Under the pieces are notes generated by a model, which was not told the DNA's origin, did not search any database, and was given only the letters and a program-made list of their open reading frames with translations. A program made the position numbers and the translations under genes. A stretch of DNA of 64,000 nucleotides from Nannocystis sp. (GTDB lineage: Bacteria > Myxococcota_A > Polyangia > Nannocystales > Nannocystaceae): contig NZ_JADJNN010000008.1 in NCBI RefSeq assembly GCF_016714285.1, forward strand, positions 196,669 through 260,668, read 5' to 3'. Shown piece after piece: positions 1 through 9,901 of this stretch; within the stretch, counting starts at the first letter, position 1; each line of letters starts with the position of its first letter.

Positions 1-1180
1 CGTCGACGCCGTCCATGTCCGCGTCGCCGCAGGTGCCCTGGCCGCCGGAGTCGATGTAGATCGCGAAGTCCCGCTTCCCGGCGGCCGCGTAGCGCTCGAT
101 CATCGTCTCGTTGTGCAGGGAGATCGAGCCCCAGCCCATGGTGCCCGAGAGGCTGATCGCCATCGCGTAGCGCTGCGGGTAGAGGTCGGCGATCACCAGC
201 GAGACCAGTCCGCCGAGCGAGGAGCCCATGGTGCCGACCACCGCGGCCTCGCCGTAGGCGGCCTCCATGCGCGGCCGGATGACGCCGTCGACCAGCTCCG
301 CGTAGGCCTCGGCCTGCCCGCCGATCATGTCGATGTCGATGATGTCGGGGACGTGGGTGTACTCGTCGAGGCGGGCCGGGGTGTTGTCGACGCCGATCAG
401 CAGCAGCTCCGGCGGGGCGCTCTCCTGCAGCTTCCAGTAGCCGAAGGCGGCCTCGGGATCGAAGAGGTTCTGGCCGTCGTGGACGTAGAGCGCGTGGGTG
501 AAGGCGCCGTCCTGGGGGACCAGCACCTGGAGATCCCGTGGGCCGAGGCCGGCGCCCTCGAGGCCGAACCAGCGCTCGAGGTGGGCCGCGCTGGCGCGCA
601 CGAGCGAGATGCGACCGTTGGCGTCGTAGTCGTAGCGGCGGCCGAGTGGGTCGGCGATCCAGTCGTCGGCGGCGAGGTCGTGGAACTTGTAGCGGCTGCC
701 GTCGGGCGCGGGCAGCTCCGCCTCGGCCCACCACAGCGCGCCGGTCTGCTGCAGGTCGGCGCCGGCCCAGGCGTCGTGGTCACCCGCGAGCTGCCACTGA
801 CCCGGGCCGCACAGGCAGGCGAACAGGTAGCTGCCGCCCTGGCTCTGCACCGGCAGGCCGCCGCGCCCGGCGATCGTCTGCAGTGCCTCGTCGGGGTCGA
901 CCTCGCCGGCGATCGCCATTCGCAGCAGCGCCTCGTCGTCGGGCAGCGCCGGGCCGCCGGTGGTGGCGTCGTCGGTGGTGGCGTCAGTGGTGGCGACGTC
1001 GGTGGTGGCGCTGCTCGTGCTCGCGTCGGTGGTCGGGGTCGGCTCGCCGGTGCTCGTGGCCACGGTCGTGGCCCACGAGTCGGGGCCGTCGGTCGAGCTG
1101 GCCTGGGTGGTCGAGGGGCCGCCCGCGTCGGGCGAGCAGACTGTGAGTGCCAGCGTGGCGAGGAGCGGGGGGAGGCGCAC
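1..1180 (-). CDS. Secreted alpha/beta-hydrolase (putative esterase, enterochelin-esterase-like fold) with N-terminal Ig-like domain; C-terminus cut by window edge
   Basis: Reverse-strand translation gives a signal peptide (VRLPPLLATLALTVCS), a Thr/Asp-rich linker, then an esterase core with GxSxG (GSSLGG). No stop before position 1. GTG start near 1180. Confidence 0.6.
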   Translation of the reverse strand, partial: MRLPPLLATLALTVCSPDAGGPSTTQASSTDGPDSWATTVATSTGEPTPTTDASTSSATTDVATTDATTDDATTGGPALPDDEALLRMAIAGEVDPDEALQTIAGRGGLPVQSQGGSYLFACLCGPGQWQLAGDHDAWAGADLQQTGALWWAEAELPAPDGSRYKFHDLAADDWIADPLGRRYDYDANGRISLVRASAAHLERWFGLEGAGLGPRDLQVLVPQDGAFTHALYVHDGQNLFDPEAAFGYWKLQESAPPELLLIGVDNTPARLDEYTHVPDIIDIDMIGGQAEAYAELVDGVIRPRMEAAYGEAAVVGTMGSSLGGLVSLVIADLYPQRYAMAISLSGTMGWGSISLHNETMIERYAAAGKRDFAIYIDSGGQGTCGDADMDGVD

Positions 1181-1281
1181 GCGCGCGCTTGTAGCAGCTT
1201 CGTCGCCGAAAATCACAAGGCGCCCGGCCGCAGTGCGGTCGGACGCCTCGAAGTGAATGGCGGAGGAAGTGCCAGCGAATG

Positions 1282-1665
1282 CTAGCGGAGCGCCTCGCGC
1301 AGACGCGGGAGGGTGTCGGGGATGACGACGCTGACGAGGATACCGAGCGAGGCCTTGCTGCAATCGACGGCCATACCCCAGCGGTACTTGGGGTCGAGGT
1401 CGATGACGACGATCATGACCTGACCGTCCTCACCGAGGCGCAGCATGGTCTGGTGGAGGTAGTCAGGCACGGGGAGGCCGGACTTCTTGATCGTCTCGCC
1501 GATGCGCTCGCACAGGATGTTGAAGAGGGCGCAGGCCTTGGGGGAGCTGCGGATGCCGGCGACGGACATGCCAGACGATTTGCTGAACACGTCCGCGGCA
1601 GCCAAGCCGCCCTGCAAGCCGTCTTCGACCTCGGCCATCAGTGCATTTACGGTCTTCAGGTTCAT
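1282..1665 (-). CDS. Small regulatory protein, possible roadblock/LC7 or CheX-like fold (assignment uncertain)
   Basis: 127-aa ORF immediately downstream of a CheY-like regulator on the same strand. alpha/beta pattern of a small signalling-partner protein. No confident family match by eye. Confidence 0.4.
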   Translation of the reverse strand: MNLKTVNALMAEVEDGLQGGLAAADVFSKSSGMSVAGIRSSPKACALFNILCERIGETIKKSGLPVPDYLHQTMLRLGEDGQVMIVVIDLDPKYRWGMAVDCSKASLGILVSVVIPDTLPRLREALR

Positions 1666-1878
1666 TTCGAGGTTCCTTCGTGATCTCTGGCGGTCGCGGT
1701 CTCGCGGCCCAAGCCGAACGCCCCGGCATCCTAACTCGCTTCCGGGGCTGACTCCATCAAATTTTCAACCCGGGCCCAGGTGGCGCTGGACTGTCGCGGG
1801 CGGCCCCAGGCTGGCCAAATCAGGCCAGGAAAACGACGTCTGCTGGCGCGTTCGCGGGCCCGGCGGGTCGCCGAGCGT

Positions 1879-2346
1879 TCAGAAGCTCAGGCCCCGGATC
1901 GGGTCTGGCTCGTCCTTCTGGCTCTCCTTGAGGTAGTGCTGGGCCGCGCGGCGAAGCAGCGTCTTCAGCTCTTCGGTGTCCCAGGGCTTGGTGACGTACT
2001 GCCACATGAGGCCCTCGTTGAGACCGCGGATAACCACATTGATGTCCGCATAACCAGTGATGAGGATGCGGACGGGCGTCGGGTTAATCGCCTTGAGCTT
2101 GCCGAACAGCTCCACGCCGGTCATCTCCGGCATGCGCTGGTCGCTGAGGACGAGGTGGATCTCTTGATCGCGGAAGATCTGCAGCGCCTCGGCGCCGGAG
2201 TTGGCCGTGTGGACCTTGAACATGTCGCGGAAGCTCTCCTCAAGCGTGTTGAGGATGCCGCGCTCGTCGTCGACGATGAGCAGGGTCAGCGTCTTCTTGT
2301 TCTCGGTCCCGAGGGCGCCGGTCTTCTGGTATTCCTTCCAACTCAT
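1879..2346 (-). CDS. Single-domain response regulator (CheY-like receiver)
   Basis: 155 aa; LIVDDE...D...MPEMTG...KP receiver motifs. ATG at 2346. Confidence 0.8.
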   Translation of the reverse strand: MSWKEYQKTGALGTENKKTLTLLIVDDERGILNTLEESFRDMFKVHTANSGAEALQIFRDQEIHLVLSDQRMPEMTGVELFGKLKAINPTPVRILITGYADINVVIRGLNEGLMWQYVTKPWDTEELKTLLRRAAQHYLKESQKDEPDPIRGLSF

Positions 2347-2476
2347 GCGATACCTCGCTGTCTCGGCCTGCGCCGCGGACGGGCCGAATGTCGGGGAACC
2401 AATTGGGCATGGGCATGGGCACGGGCCGGGCTGGCCGTGGCGGTCCCAATGGTGTCATTCGTTGGGGAGAGCGCGC

Positions 2477-3895
2477 TCACGGTAGGTCTCCTGTACCACC
2501 GTCCGCGCCGCGTACGTAGCGAAATGTGGACGCGAAGTGGCGGATTCCCGGCGCCTCGACCTCGAATCGCAGGCCGTGGCGCAGTTTGGGGCCCTTCTCC
2601 TCGAACACGCTGCGGATTACGTCGGCGACGTACTCGAGGTGCTCAAAGGTGTAGACGCGCCGGGGGATGGTGACGCGGCACAGGTCGAGGTTCGGGCGGA
2701 TGTTCTCGCCGGTGTCGGGGTCGCGGCCGATGAGCACGCTGCCGACCTCGACCGCACGCACGCCGCCCTCCTTGTAGAGCTCGGCGCACAGCAGCTGCGC
2801 GGGGAACTCGTCCTCGGGGACGCCGGGGAAGAACTTGCGGGCGTCGATGAAGACCGCGTGGCCGCCGATCGGCTCGACGATCGGCACGCCGAACTTCTGC
2901 AGGAGCTCGCCGAAGCGGCGGACCTGGCCGATGCGGTAGGCCAGGTACGACTCGTCGGTGACCTCGCGCAGGCCCTGGGCCAGCGCCTCCATGTCAGCGC
3001 CCGACATGCCGCCGTAGGTGTAGAAACCCTCGAACAGGATCGTCGGGGCCTTGAGGCGCTCGTACAGGAGGTCGTCGCGCACCGCGATGAAGCCGCCCAT
3101 CGGCACCAGCGCGTCCTTCTTGGCGCTCATGATGCACGCGTCGGTGTACGAGCACATCTCCTGCACGATCTCTGGCACGGACTTGTGGGCGTAGCCGGTC
3201 TCGCGGGTCTTGATGAAGTAGGCGTTCTCGGCGAAGCGGGCGGCGTCGAGGACCACGAGCAGGCCGTACTGGTCGGCGACGCGGCGGACCTCGCGGATGT
3301 TGGCCATCGACACCGGCTGGCCGCCGCCGGAGTTGCAGGTCACGGTGACGAGCACGTAGGCGACGTGGCGGGCGCCGTACTCGCGGATGACGCTCTCGAG
3401 GCGGGGGATGTCGATGTTGCCCTTGAAGGGGTGGTAACCCTCCGAGGTGCGGCCGGCGTCGATTGTGCAGTCGATCGCGCGACCGCCCGCGAACTCGATG
3501 TGGGCCTTGGTCGTGTCGAAGTGCGAGTTGCCGGGCACGATCATGTGCTTCTTGATCAGCACGAAGTCGAAGACCCGCTCGCCGGCGCGGCCTTGATGGA
3601 CCGGGATGGTGTAGCGGTAGCCCATCGACTCGCGGATCTGCCGCTCCATCTCGAAGAAGGAGCGCGAGCCGGCGTAGGCCTCGTCGCCGATCATCATGCG
3701 GCCCATCTGATGGACCGAGAGGGCCCCGGTGCCGCTGTCGGTGATGAGGTCGATGTAGACCTCGTGCGAGCCGAGGCGGAACAGGTTGTTGCCGCAGGCT
3801 TCGATCCTGCGGACCCGCTCCTCGTACGGCAGCAGCGAGATCGGTTCGACGACCTTGGCCCGGTACGGGATGATCTGTCGCTCAGGTTTCCTCAT
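2477..3895 (-). CDS. tnaA: Beta-eliminating lyase: tryptophanase / tyrosine phenol-lyase family (472 aa)
   Basis: Strong similarity along the whole length to TnaA/TPL (DSGTGA, GDEAYAGSRS, SGGGQPVSMAN, SAKKDALVPMGG, GGHAVFIDA, EFPAQ). The ORF's N-terminal extension is junk; the true start is MRKPER, whose ATG overlaps the upstream kinase stop (ATGA). Confidence 0.8.
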   Translation of the reverse strand: MRKPERQIIPYRAKVVEPISLLPYEERVRRIEACGNNLFRLGSHEVYIDLITDSGTGALSVHQMGRMMIGDEAYAGSRSFFEMERQIRESMGYRYTIPVHQGRAGERVFDFVLIKKHMIVPGNSHFDTTKAHIEFAGGRAIDCTIDAGRTSEGYHPFKGNIDIPRLESVIREYGARHVAYVLVTVTCNSGGGQPVSMANIREVRRVADQYGLLVVLDAARFAENAYFIKTRETGYAHKSVPEIVQEMCSYTDACIMSAKKDALVPMGGFIAVRDDLLYERLKAPTILFEGFYTYGGMSGADMEALAQGLREVTDESYLAYRIGQVRRFGELLQKFGVPIVEPIGGHAVFIDARKFFPGVPEDEFPAQLLCAELYKEGGVRAVEVGSVLIGRDPDTGENIRPNLDLCRVTIPRRVYTFEHLEYVADVIRSVFEEKGPKLRHGLRFEVEAPGIRHFASTFRYVRGADGGTGDLP

Positions 3896-5907
3896 GTGCT
3901 CCCCACGGAGGTGGTCTTCGGCGCCTCCGCATCCACCGGGAAGCGGATGAGGAAGGTGACGCCGGTCGGATCGTTGCGCCGCACCGAGATGGTGCCGCGG
4001 TGCTCCATGATGATTCGGTAGCTGATCGAGAGGCCGAGCCCCGTGCCCTTGCCGACCGGCTTGGTGGTGAAGAACGGGTCGAAGATCTTCGACATGTTCG
4101 CCTCGCTGATGCCCTCGCCGTTGTCCGAGACCGTGATCTCGACGAAGCCCTCGTTCTCGCGTGTGCGCACCGCGACCTCCCCTCCACGCTGACACGCGTC
4201 GATGGCGTTGTTCACAAGGTTTAGTACCACCTGGTTCAGCTTCGCTGGGAAGCACGAGTGCGGGCGTGCCAGCCGCAGCTCGGACACCAAAGTCACGCCT
4301 TTGTCGCGCGCGTTGTTGCCGAGGATCATCAGCGTCTGGCGGATGCCCTCGTCGATGTCTGCGGTCTGGAATTGCGCCTCGTCGAGTCGGGCGAAATTGC
4401 GCAGCCCGAGCACGATCTCCGCCATGCGATCGAGGCCGATGAAGCTCTCCTCGAGCACCTTCTGCGTGCGCGCGAGCAGCTCCTCGATCGAGCCCTCGTC
4501 GGCCTCCTTGCGGCGCAGGACGTAGGTGAAGAAGTCGCGGAGCATGTCGAGCTGCCGCGGCGGCGGGAGCGAGCCGAGCTCGTTGCTGACGTCCTTCACG
4601 TCGGCGGCGAGGGCCTTGTCCTGGGCCAGCTTCTCGAGCGTGGTGCGGCCGGCGGCGATGCGCTCCGACTGCGGGCCGTCGACCCGCGCGAGCCAGTTCG
4701 TGGCGGCCAGGCGGCGGCTGACCGAGGTGACGCGGGCGTGGGCGAGGTGGGTGTTGTTGCGGCTGAAGGCGAGGGGGTTGTTGATCTCGTGGGCGACGCC
4801 GGCGGTGAGCTGGCCGAGGCTGGCGAGCTTCTCGCTCTGGACCAGCTGGGCCTGCGAGGTCTTGAGCTCGTGCAGCTGCTCCTTGACGGTGTCGTAGAGC
4901 TGGTTGTTGGTCAGCGAGACGGCGGCCTGGCTGGCCAGCGAGAGGGTGAGCTCGAGCGACTGGTCGTCGTAGGGGATGACGACCTCGTCGATGTTGCCGG
5001 CGCGCAGCTCGGCCGCCCGCGAGGTCTTGCGGTTGATGAGCTGGAGCACCCCGATCACGCGGTCCTCCTGGTTCTTCATCGGCAGGACCAGCATCGAGCG
5101 GGTGCGGTAGCCGGTGCGCTGATCGAAGGCGGGGCTGAAGCTGAACTCGGCGCGCGGGTCGAGCTCGTAGACGTTGGGGATGTTGAGCGGCTCACCGGTG
5201 GCGGCGACGTAGCCGGCGAGGGTCGACTTGCTGACGGGGATGGCGAACTTGACGAGCTCGAGGTCGGGCAGCGAGTCGTTCTGCGAGCTGGTGAAGCGCA
5301 GGCGACCCTGGCCCTCGTCGTCGCGCTCGAGGATGTAGAGCGAGCCGGCGTCGGAGCTGGTGAAGTCGCGGGCCGTGGTGAGGATGAAGTTGAGCAGGCG
5401 CTCCGGGTCGCGCTCGGCGGACAGGGCGATGCCGATGCGGTTGAGCTTGGTGATCTCGCCGGCGAGGCGGCGGCGCTCGTGCTCGAGGGCGAAGCAGCGG
5501 TCGGCGGCGGCGGCCTCGCGCACGGCGCAGCGCAGCGCGACGGCCAGCGCCTGCGGGTCGCCGTCGGGCGGGAGGATGAAGGAGAGGGCGTCGCCGAGGC
5601 GCTCGCGCAGGTTCGCGGCCGCGGGCGCGGGCAGCAGCGCGAGCACCCGCAAGGTGTGTCCGGGGGCGACGCGCAGCTCGGTGCCCTGCAGCGCCTCGTC
5701 GAGCAGCACGACGAGCGGCCGGCCGCGGCGGTTGCTCAGGGCCCGCTCGAGCTCGGCACGGTCGAGCGCTCGCAGCTCGCCAGGGAGGCCGGCGCCAGCC
5801 GCCGCGAGCGGGGACTCGGCGAACGAGCGCGAGCACAGCACGAGCGGTCTGGACTCGTCGGGGGCATGCACCGAAGCTGTCTCATTCGAATGCACCTGGG
5901 TGGCCAT
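3892..5907 (-). CDS. Sensor histidine kinase with GAF domain (N-terminal receiver-like region, HisKA H-box [11 protein letters not shown], HATPase_c with GTGLGL)
   Basis: 671 aa from MATQVHSNE. Coiled-coil/GAF region then the H-box, N, G1 and G2 boxes. Stop overlaps the lyase ATG. Confidence 0.8.
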   Translation of the reverse strand: MATQVHSNETASVHAPDESRPLVLCSRSFAESPLAAAGAGLPGELRALDRAELERALSNRRGRPLVVLLDEALQGTELRVAPGHTLRVLALLPAPAAANLRERLGDALSFILPPDGDPQALAVALRCAVREAAAADRCFALEHERRRLAGEITKLNRIGIALSAERDPERLLNFILTTARDFTSSDAGSLYILERDDEGQGRLRFTSSQNDSLPDLELVKFAIPVSKSTLAGYVAATGEPLNIPNVYELDPRAEFSFSPAFDQRTGYRTRSMLVLPMKNQEDRVIGVLQLINRKTSRAAELRAGNIDEVVIPYDDQSLELTLSLASQAAVSLTNNQLYDTVKEQLHELKTSQAQLVQSEKLASLGQLTAGVAHEINNPLAFSRNNTHLAHARVTSVSRRLAATNWLARVDGPQSERIAAGRTTLEKLAQDKALAADVKDVSNELGSLPPPRQLDMLRDFFTYVLRRKEADEGSIEELLARTQKVLEESFIGLDRMAEIVLGLRNFARLDEAQFQTADIDEGIRQTLMILGNNARDKGVTLVSELRLARPHSCFPAKLNQVVLNLVNNAIDACQRGGEVAVRTRENEGFVEITVSDNGEGISEANMSKIFDPFFTTKPVGKGTGLGLSISYRIIMEHRGTISVRRNDPTGVTFLIRFPVDAEAPKTTSVGST

Positions 5908-6180
5908 GGTCGGGGATGCGGACGGCAAACACAAGCGAAACGGCGGCGCTGCGGCCCACAGCGGACGCCGGTGTATGCACACAGGTCGCGTGGGGCCGCG
6001 AGGCCGCGGTGATGTGAGCGAGGCTCGCGGCGGGCGCATGTGTTCGCCGCGCGGCTCGGCACACATCGTCCGCGGATGCACGTGGCTGCGGCGCTGGGCT
6101 CGGCATCGGCGATGCGCCCGGGTGCATCGCGCGACGTCGCGCGCCGCGGCGTTGCGTTCGGTGGCGACACAAAGGGCGCC

Positions 6181-6276
6181 GCATTGGCCGACGCATTGGC
6201 CGACGCAATGGCCGCCGCAATGACACATTGGCCGCCGCATTGGGAGCCGCATTGGCCGCCGCACTGGCTGACGTCG
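6181..6276. repeat. 12-bp tandem repeat (GCATTGGCCGCC-like), about 8 degenerate copies, intergenic
   Basis: gcattggccgac gcattggccgac gcaatggccgcc ... read directly from sequence; lies in the upstream region of the histidine kinase. Confidence 0.8.
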
Positions 6277-6293
6277 GTGGCGACGCCGGTGCA

Positions 6294-6326
6294 TTGCACG
6301 TGCCCGCTGGCGCGGCGGGCACGTGC
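6294..6326. terminator. Strong hairpin (13-bp perfect stem tgcacgtgcccgc / gcgggcacgtgca) just 3' of the trpB2 stop
   Basis: Perfect inverted repeat read from sequence, immediately downstream of the minus-strand trpB2 stop. Confidence 0.6.
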
Positions 6327-6332
6327 AGGATC

Positions 6333-7700
6333 TCAGTCGACCTTGGGCAGGGCCGCCATCGCGGCCTCGATCGCCTCGGCCGGGTACTCGTAGTCGGCGA
6401 GGCTGCCGTTGTTGAACGCGTCGTAGGCCGACATGTCGAAGTGGCCGTGGCCGCAGAGGTTGAACAGGATGACGGGCGATGTGCCGGCCTCGGTGGCCTT
6501 GGTCGCCTCGCGGATGACCTGGGCGATCGCGTGGGAGGCTTCGGGGGCCGGGACGATGCCCTCGCTGCGCAGGAACACGCGGGCCGCGGTGAAGGCCTCG
6601 AGCTGGCGGACCGCGTGGGCCTCGATGATCTTCTGATCGTAGAGCTCGCTGATGATGCTGGCCATGCCGTGGTAGCGCAGGCCGCCCGCGTGCACCGGCG
6701 GCGGGATGAAGGCGGCGCCGAGGGTGTGCATCTTGATCAGCGGGGTCATGCCGGCGACGTCGCCGAAGTCGTAGGCATAGACGCCGCGGGTGAGGCTCGG
6801 GCAGGCGGCCGGCTCGACGGCGAGGATCCGGATGTCCTTGTCGTGGGCCAGCTTGTCGCGCACGAAGGGCAGGGCGATGCCGGCGAAGTTGCTGCCGCCG
6901 CCGGTGCAGCCGATGACGATGTCGGGGTAGTCGCCGGCGCGTTTGAGCTGCAGCATCGACTCCTGCCCGATGATGGTCTGGTGCATCAGGACGTGGTTGA
7001 GCACCGAGCCGAGGGCGTACTTGTACTTGCCGCCGCTGGTCGCCGCGGCCTCGACGGCCTCGCTGATCGCCATGCCGAGGGAGCCGGTGTTGTTCGGGTC
7101 CTTCTCGAGGATGGCGCGGCCGCAGTTGGTGAGGTTGCTCGGGCTCGCGTTGACCGTGGCGCCGAAGCTCTGGATCATCGAGCGGCGGTGCGGCTTCTGG
7201 TCATAGCTGACGCGCACCATCCACACGAAGCACTCGAGGCCGAAGAAGTTGCAGGCCTGCGAGATGGCGGTGCCCCACTGGCCCGCGCCGGTCTCGGTGG
7301 TGAGGCCCTGCACGCCCTCTTGCTTGTTGTAGAACGCCTGCGGGACGGCCGTGTTGAGCTTGTGGCTGCCGCTCGGCGAGCCGCCCTCGTACTTGTAATA
7401 AATCCGGGCGGTGGTCCCGAGGGCCTTCTCCAGCCGGCGCGCGCGCAGCAGCGGCGTCGGGCGCCACAGCTTGTAGATCTCACGGACCTCCTCCGGGATC
7501 TCGATGAAGCGCTCGCGGCTGACCTCTTGCTTGATCAGCTCCATCGGGAACAGCGGGGCGAGGTCCGCGGGTCCGATCGGCTGATGCGTCCCCGGGTGTA
7601 GCACCGGGGGTAGCGGTCGCGGCAGGTCGGCCTGGATGTTATACCAGCGGGTCGGGATCGCACTCTGTGGCAGGTCGAATCGCGTCACGGACTCAGTCAT
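6333..7700 (-). CDS. trpB: Tryptophan synthase beta chain, TrpB2 (indole-salvaging) type, 455 aa
   Basis: Conserved PLP-fold-II TrpB motifs (GSHKLN, GGGSNFAG, HAGGLRYHG). The long N-terminal ORF extension is rejected; the ATG is at 7700. Confidence 0.85.
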   Translation of the reverse strand: MTESVTRFDLPQSAIPTRWYNIQADLPRPLPPVLHPGTHQPIGPADLAPLFPMELIKQEVSRERFIEIPEEVREIYKLWRPTPLLRARRLEKALGTTARIYYKYEGGSPSGSHKLNTAVPQAFYNKQEGVQGLTTETGAGQWGTAISQACNFFGLECFVWMVRVSYDQKPHRRSMIQSFGATVNASPSNLTNCGRAILEKDPNNTGSLGMAISEAVEAAATSGGKYKYALGSVLNHVLMHQTIIGQESMLQLKRAGDYPDIVIGCTGGGSNFAGIALPFVRDKLAHDKDIRILAVEPAACPSLTRGVYAYDFGDVAGMTPLIKMHTLGAAFIPPPVHAGGLRYHGMASIISELYDQKIIEAHAVRQLEAFTAARVFLRSEGIVPAPEASHAIAQVIREATKATEAGTSPVILFNLCGHGHFDMSAYDAFNNGSLADYEYPAEAIEAAMAALPKVD

Positions 7701-7947
7701 TCGCGGCTCCAATGCGGCCCATGATATCGCGGTCACAAGCCCGCGGGAACACTCGATCGTCGATCGCTTGCACGGCGAGCGGCGCGACTTCGCGGCGGAG
7801 CGTGGTCGTCGCGATGGGTCGATGCGCGTACACGCGTCGGTGCGGCGCGCGGCGGTGCTCGCAGGATGACTCTTGGGACATGTCCCAAGGGTCACTGGCA
7901 GAATCGCCGCGTCGCGCGCGAACGCCCGAGGGGTGCTGGACCGGGGC

Positions 7948-8001
7948 GGCCTGATCGGCGGCCTGATCGGCGGCCTGATCGGTGGCCCGATTGATGGCCC
8001 G
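7948..8001. repeat. 12-bp tandem repeat (GGCCTGATCGGC x3 plus degenerate copies)
   Basis: ggcctgatcggc ggcctgatcggc ggcctgatcggt ggcccgattgat; intergenic, just 3' of the symporter gene. Confidence 0.8.
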
Positions 8002-8020
8002 CGGTGGCCAGTCAGGCGGG

Positions 8021-9802
8021 TCAGGGGCGGGGCTGGTGGGGGCGGACGGGGAACTCGCCGGCGCGCAGGCGCGCGAAGTATCCGCGGTAGGCGGTCATCG
8101 TGACGCCGCCGAAGAGCAGCATGATCGGGATGTTGACCCACAGCATGATGCCCGTGCCGACGGCGGTGATGTTGTCCAGCTCCTCCTCGGTGGTGATGAC
8201 ACCGGCGCAGGCGACGACGATGCTGACGCAGTAGAAGATCTTGTAGGGGAGGACGCTGCGTCGGCCGGCCATGTAGACCATGCCCTGCTCGCCGTAGTAG
8301 GCCCACGAGATCATGGTCGAAACCGCGAAGAGCCACGACGCGATCGCGACCATCCATTTGCCGAGGCCCGGTGAGACGCGATCGAAGGCGTGGCTGGTGA
8401 GGGCGGCGCCGACGTAGTCCTTGTAGACCTCGGTTGTGTGGAGCGTCGGCGCGACGGCGAGCGGGCCACCGGGGGCGCCCACGGGGGCCCACGTGACGGC
8501 AAGGCGATCTCCCTCGTCGGGCCCGTTGGTGTCGTCGGGCCCGTGGGTGTCGACGCGGACGACGGTGCCGGTGACGCGGCGCAGGTCGGTGCCGCTGCCG
8601 ACGTCGACGGCGCCGTAGCGGGCGAGCAGGAAGACGTTGTCGCCGAGGCGCCAGTCGCTGCCGCTGATGGCGAGGCTCTCGGGGCGCTTGGGCGGGAGCG
8701 GGGTGTCGGGCAGGTCCCACACGCCGGGCTCGACGGCGACGAAGCCCGGCGGCGTGACGAGGGCGGCCTCGCCGTCGCGGTTCCAGGCGCCGCTCGAGAG
8801 CACCACCAGAGAGGTGAGGGTGCAGACGACGATGGTGTCGATGAAGGGCTCGAGGCCGGCGACCACGCCCTCGCGCACGGGCTCGGTGGTCTTGGCGGCG
8901 CAGTGGGCGATCGGCGAGGAGCCCTGGCCGGCCTCGCAGGAGAACAGGGCCCGCTTCATGCCCCACAGCACGGCCATGCCGAAGGTGCCGCCGACGAAGG
9001 CGCCGCTGGCCTCGGCGGGGTTGAAGGCGCTGACGACGATGAGGCGGAGGATGCCGGGGACCTCGCCGATGGTGTGGCCGAGCACGTAGAGCGCGGCGAT
9101 CAGGTACATGCCGCACATCGCCGGGACGATCGCGCCGGCGAAGGCGCCGATGCGCTTGATGCCGCCGAGGATCACGAGGCCGACCAGCACCGCCAGGATC
9201 ACGCCGACGATCGGCTGCGGCACGCCGAAGGACTCCTCGGTGACGACGCCGACGTTCCAGGCCTGGAACATGTTGCCGCCGGTGATCGTGGAGATCAGGA
9301 GGGTGATGCAGAACAGCACGCCGAGGGTGCGGCCGAGCCAGGCGAGCTTGGGGCTGCGCTGGCGCAGGCCGTCGTCGATGACCCACATCGGGCCGCCGCT
9401 CGGCTCGTCGGGGTTGTCGGTGCGGCGAAACAGCATCGACAGGGTGACCTCGGTGGTCTTGAGGGCCATGCCGGCGAGGCCGACGACCCACATCCAGAAC
9501 ACGGCACCGGGGCCGCCGAGAGCGATCGCCACGGCGACGCCGCCGATGTTGCCGAGGCCGACGGTGGCCGAGAGCGCGGCGGAGAGGGCCTGAAAGTGGT
9601 TGATGGCGCCGGGGTCGCGGGCGTCATCGTAGGCGCCGGTGATGACGCGGACGCCGTGGGTCAGCGCGTGGTACTGGCAGAAGCCGCTCCAAATGGTGAA
9701 CAGGAGGCCGACCGCGAGGACGATGTAGAGCACGCTGTCGTGCCAGATCACCGCGTTGATGGCGGTCAGCCAGTCGTTGAGGCCCGTGCGCAGCGCGTCC
9801 AT
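8021..9802 (-). CDS. Alanine/glycine:cation symporter (AGCS family)
   Basis: 593 aa polytopic membrane protein whose conserved blocks fit the AGCS family (PF01235-like). Confidence 0.8.
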   Translation of the reverse strand: MDALRTGLNDWLTAINAVIWHDSVLYIVLAVGLLFTIWSGFCQYHALTHGVRVITGAYDDARDPGAINHFQALSAALSATVGLGNIGGVAVAIALGGPGAVFWMWVVGLAGMALKTTEVTLSMLFRRTDNPDEPSGGPMWVIDDGLRQRSPKLAWLGRTLGVLFCITLLISTITGGNMFQAWNVGVVTEESFGVPQPIVGVILAVLVGLVILGGIKRIGAFAGAIVPAMCGMYLIAALYVLGHTIGEVPGILRLIVVSAFNPAEASGAFVGGTFGMAVLWGMKRALFSCEAGQGSSPIAHCAAKTTEPVREGVVAGLEPFIDTIVVCTLTSLVVLSSGAWNRDGEAALVTPPGFVAVEPGVWDLPDTPLPPKRPESLAISGSDWRLGDNVFLLARYGAVDVGSGTDLRRVTGTVVRVDTHGPDDTNGPDEGDRLAVTWAPVGAPGGPLAVAPTLHTTEVYKDYVGAALTSHAFDRVSPGLGKWMVAIASWLFAVSTMISWAYYGEQGMVYMAGRRSVLPYKIFYCVSIVVACAGVITTEEELDNITAVGTGIMLWVNIPIMLLFGGVTMTAYRGYFARLRAGEFPVRPHQPRP

Positions 9803-9901
9803 TGCATGTGCCCTTCGCCGGGCGACCGGGATGATGACAGGGGGCCGGCGCGCTGCGCAACGCCGGCGATGGCGGCCGCCCTACGCGGGGTGGCGGCGTC
9901 T

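Noticed and set aside
113-1285. 390-aa plus-strand ORF at window start
   Set aside because: Opposite strand encodes a convincing esterase with signal peptide and GxSxG; plus-strand translation is Arg/Gly/Val-rich low complexity.
6333-9491. 1052-aa ORF extending upstream of TrpB2
   Set aside because: Sequence upstream of MTESVTRF is Arg/Pro-rich junk and overlaps the well-supported AGCS symporter gene in another frame; the true start is the ATG at 7700.
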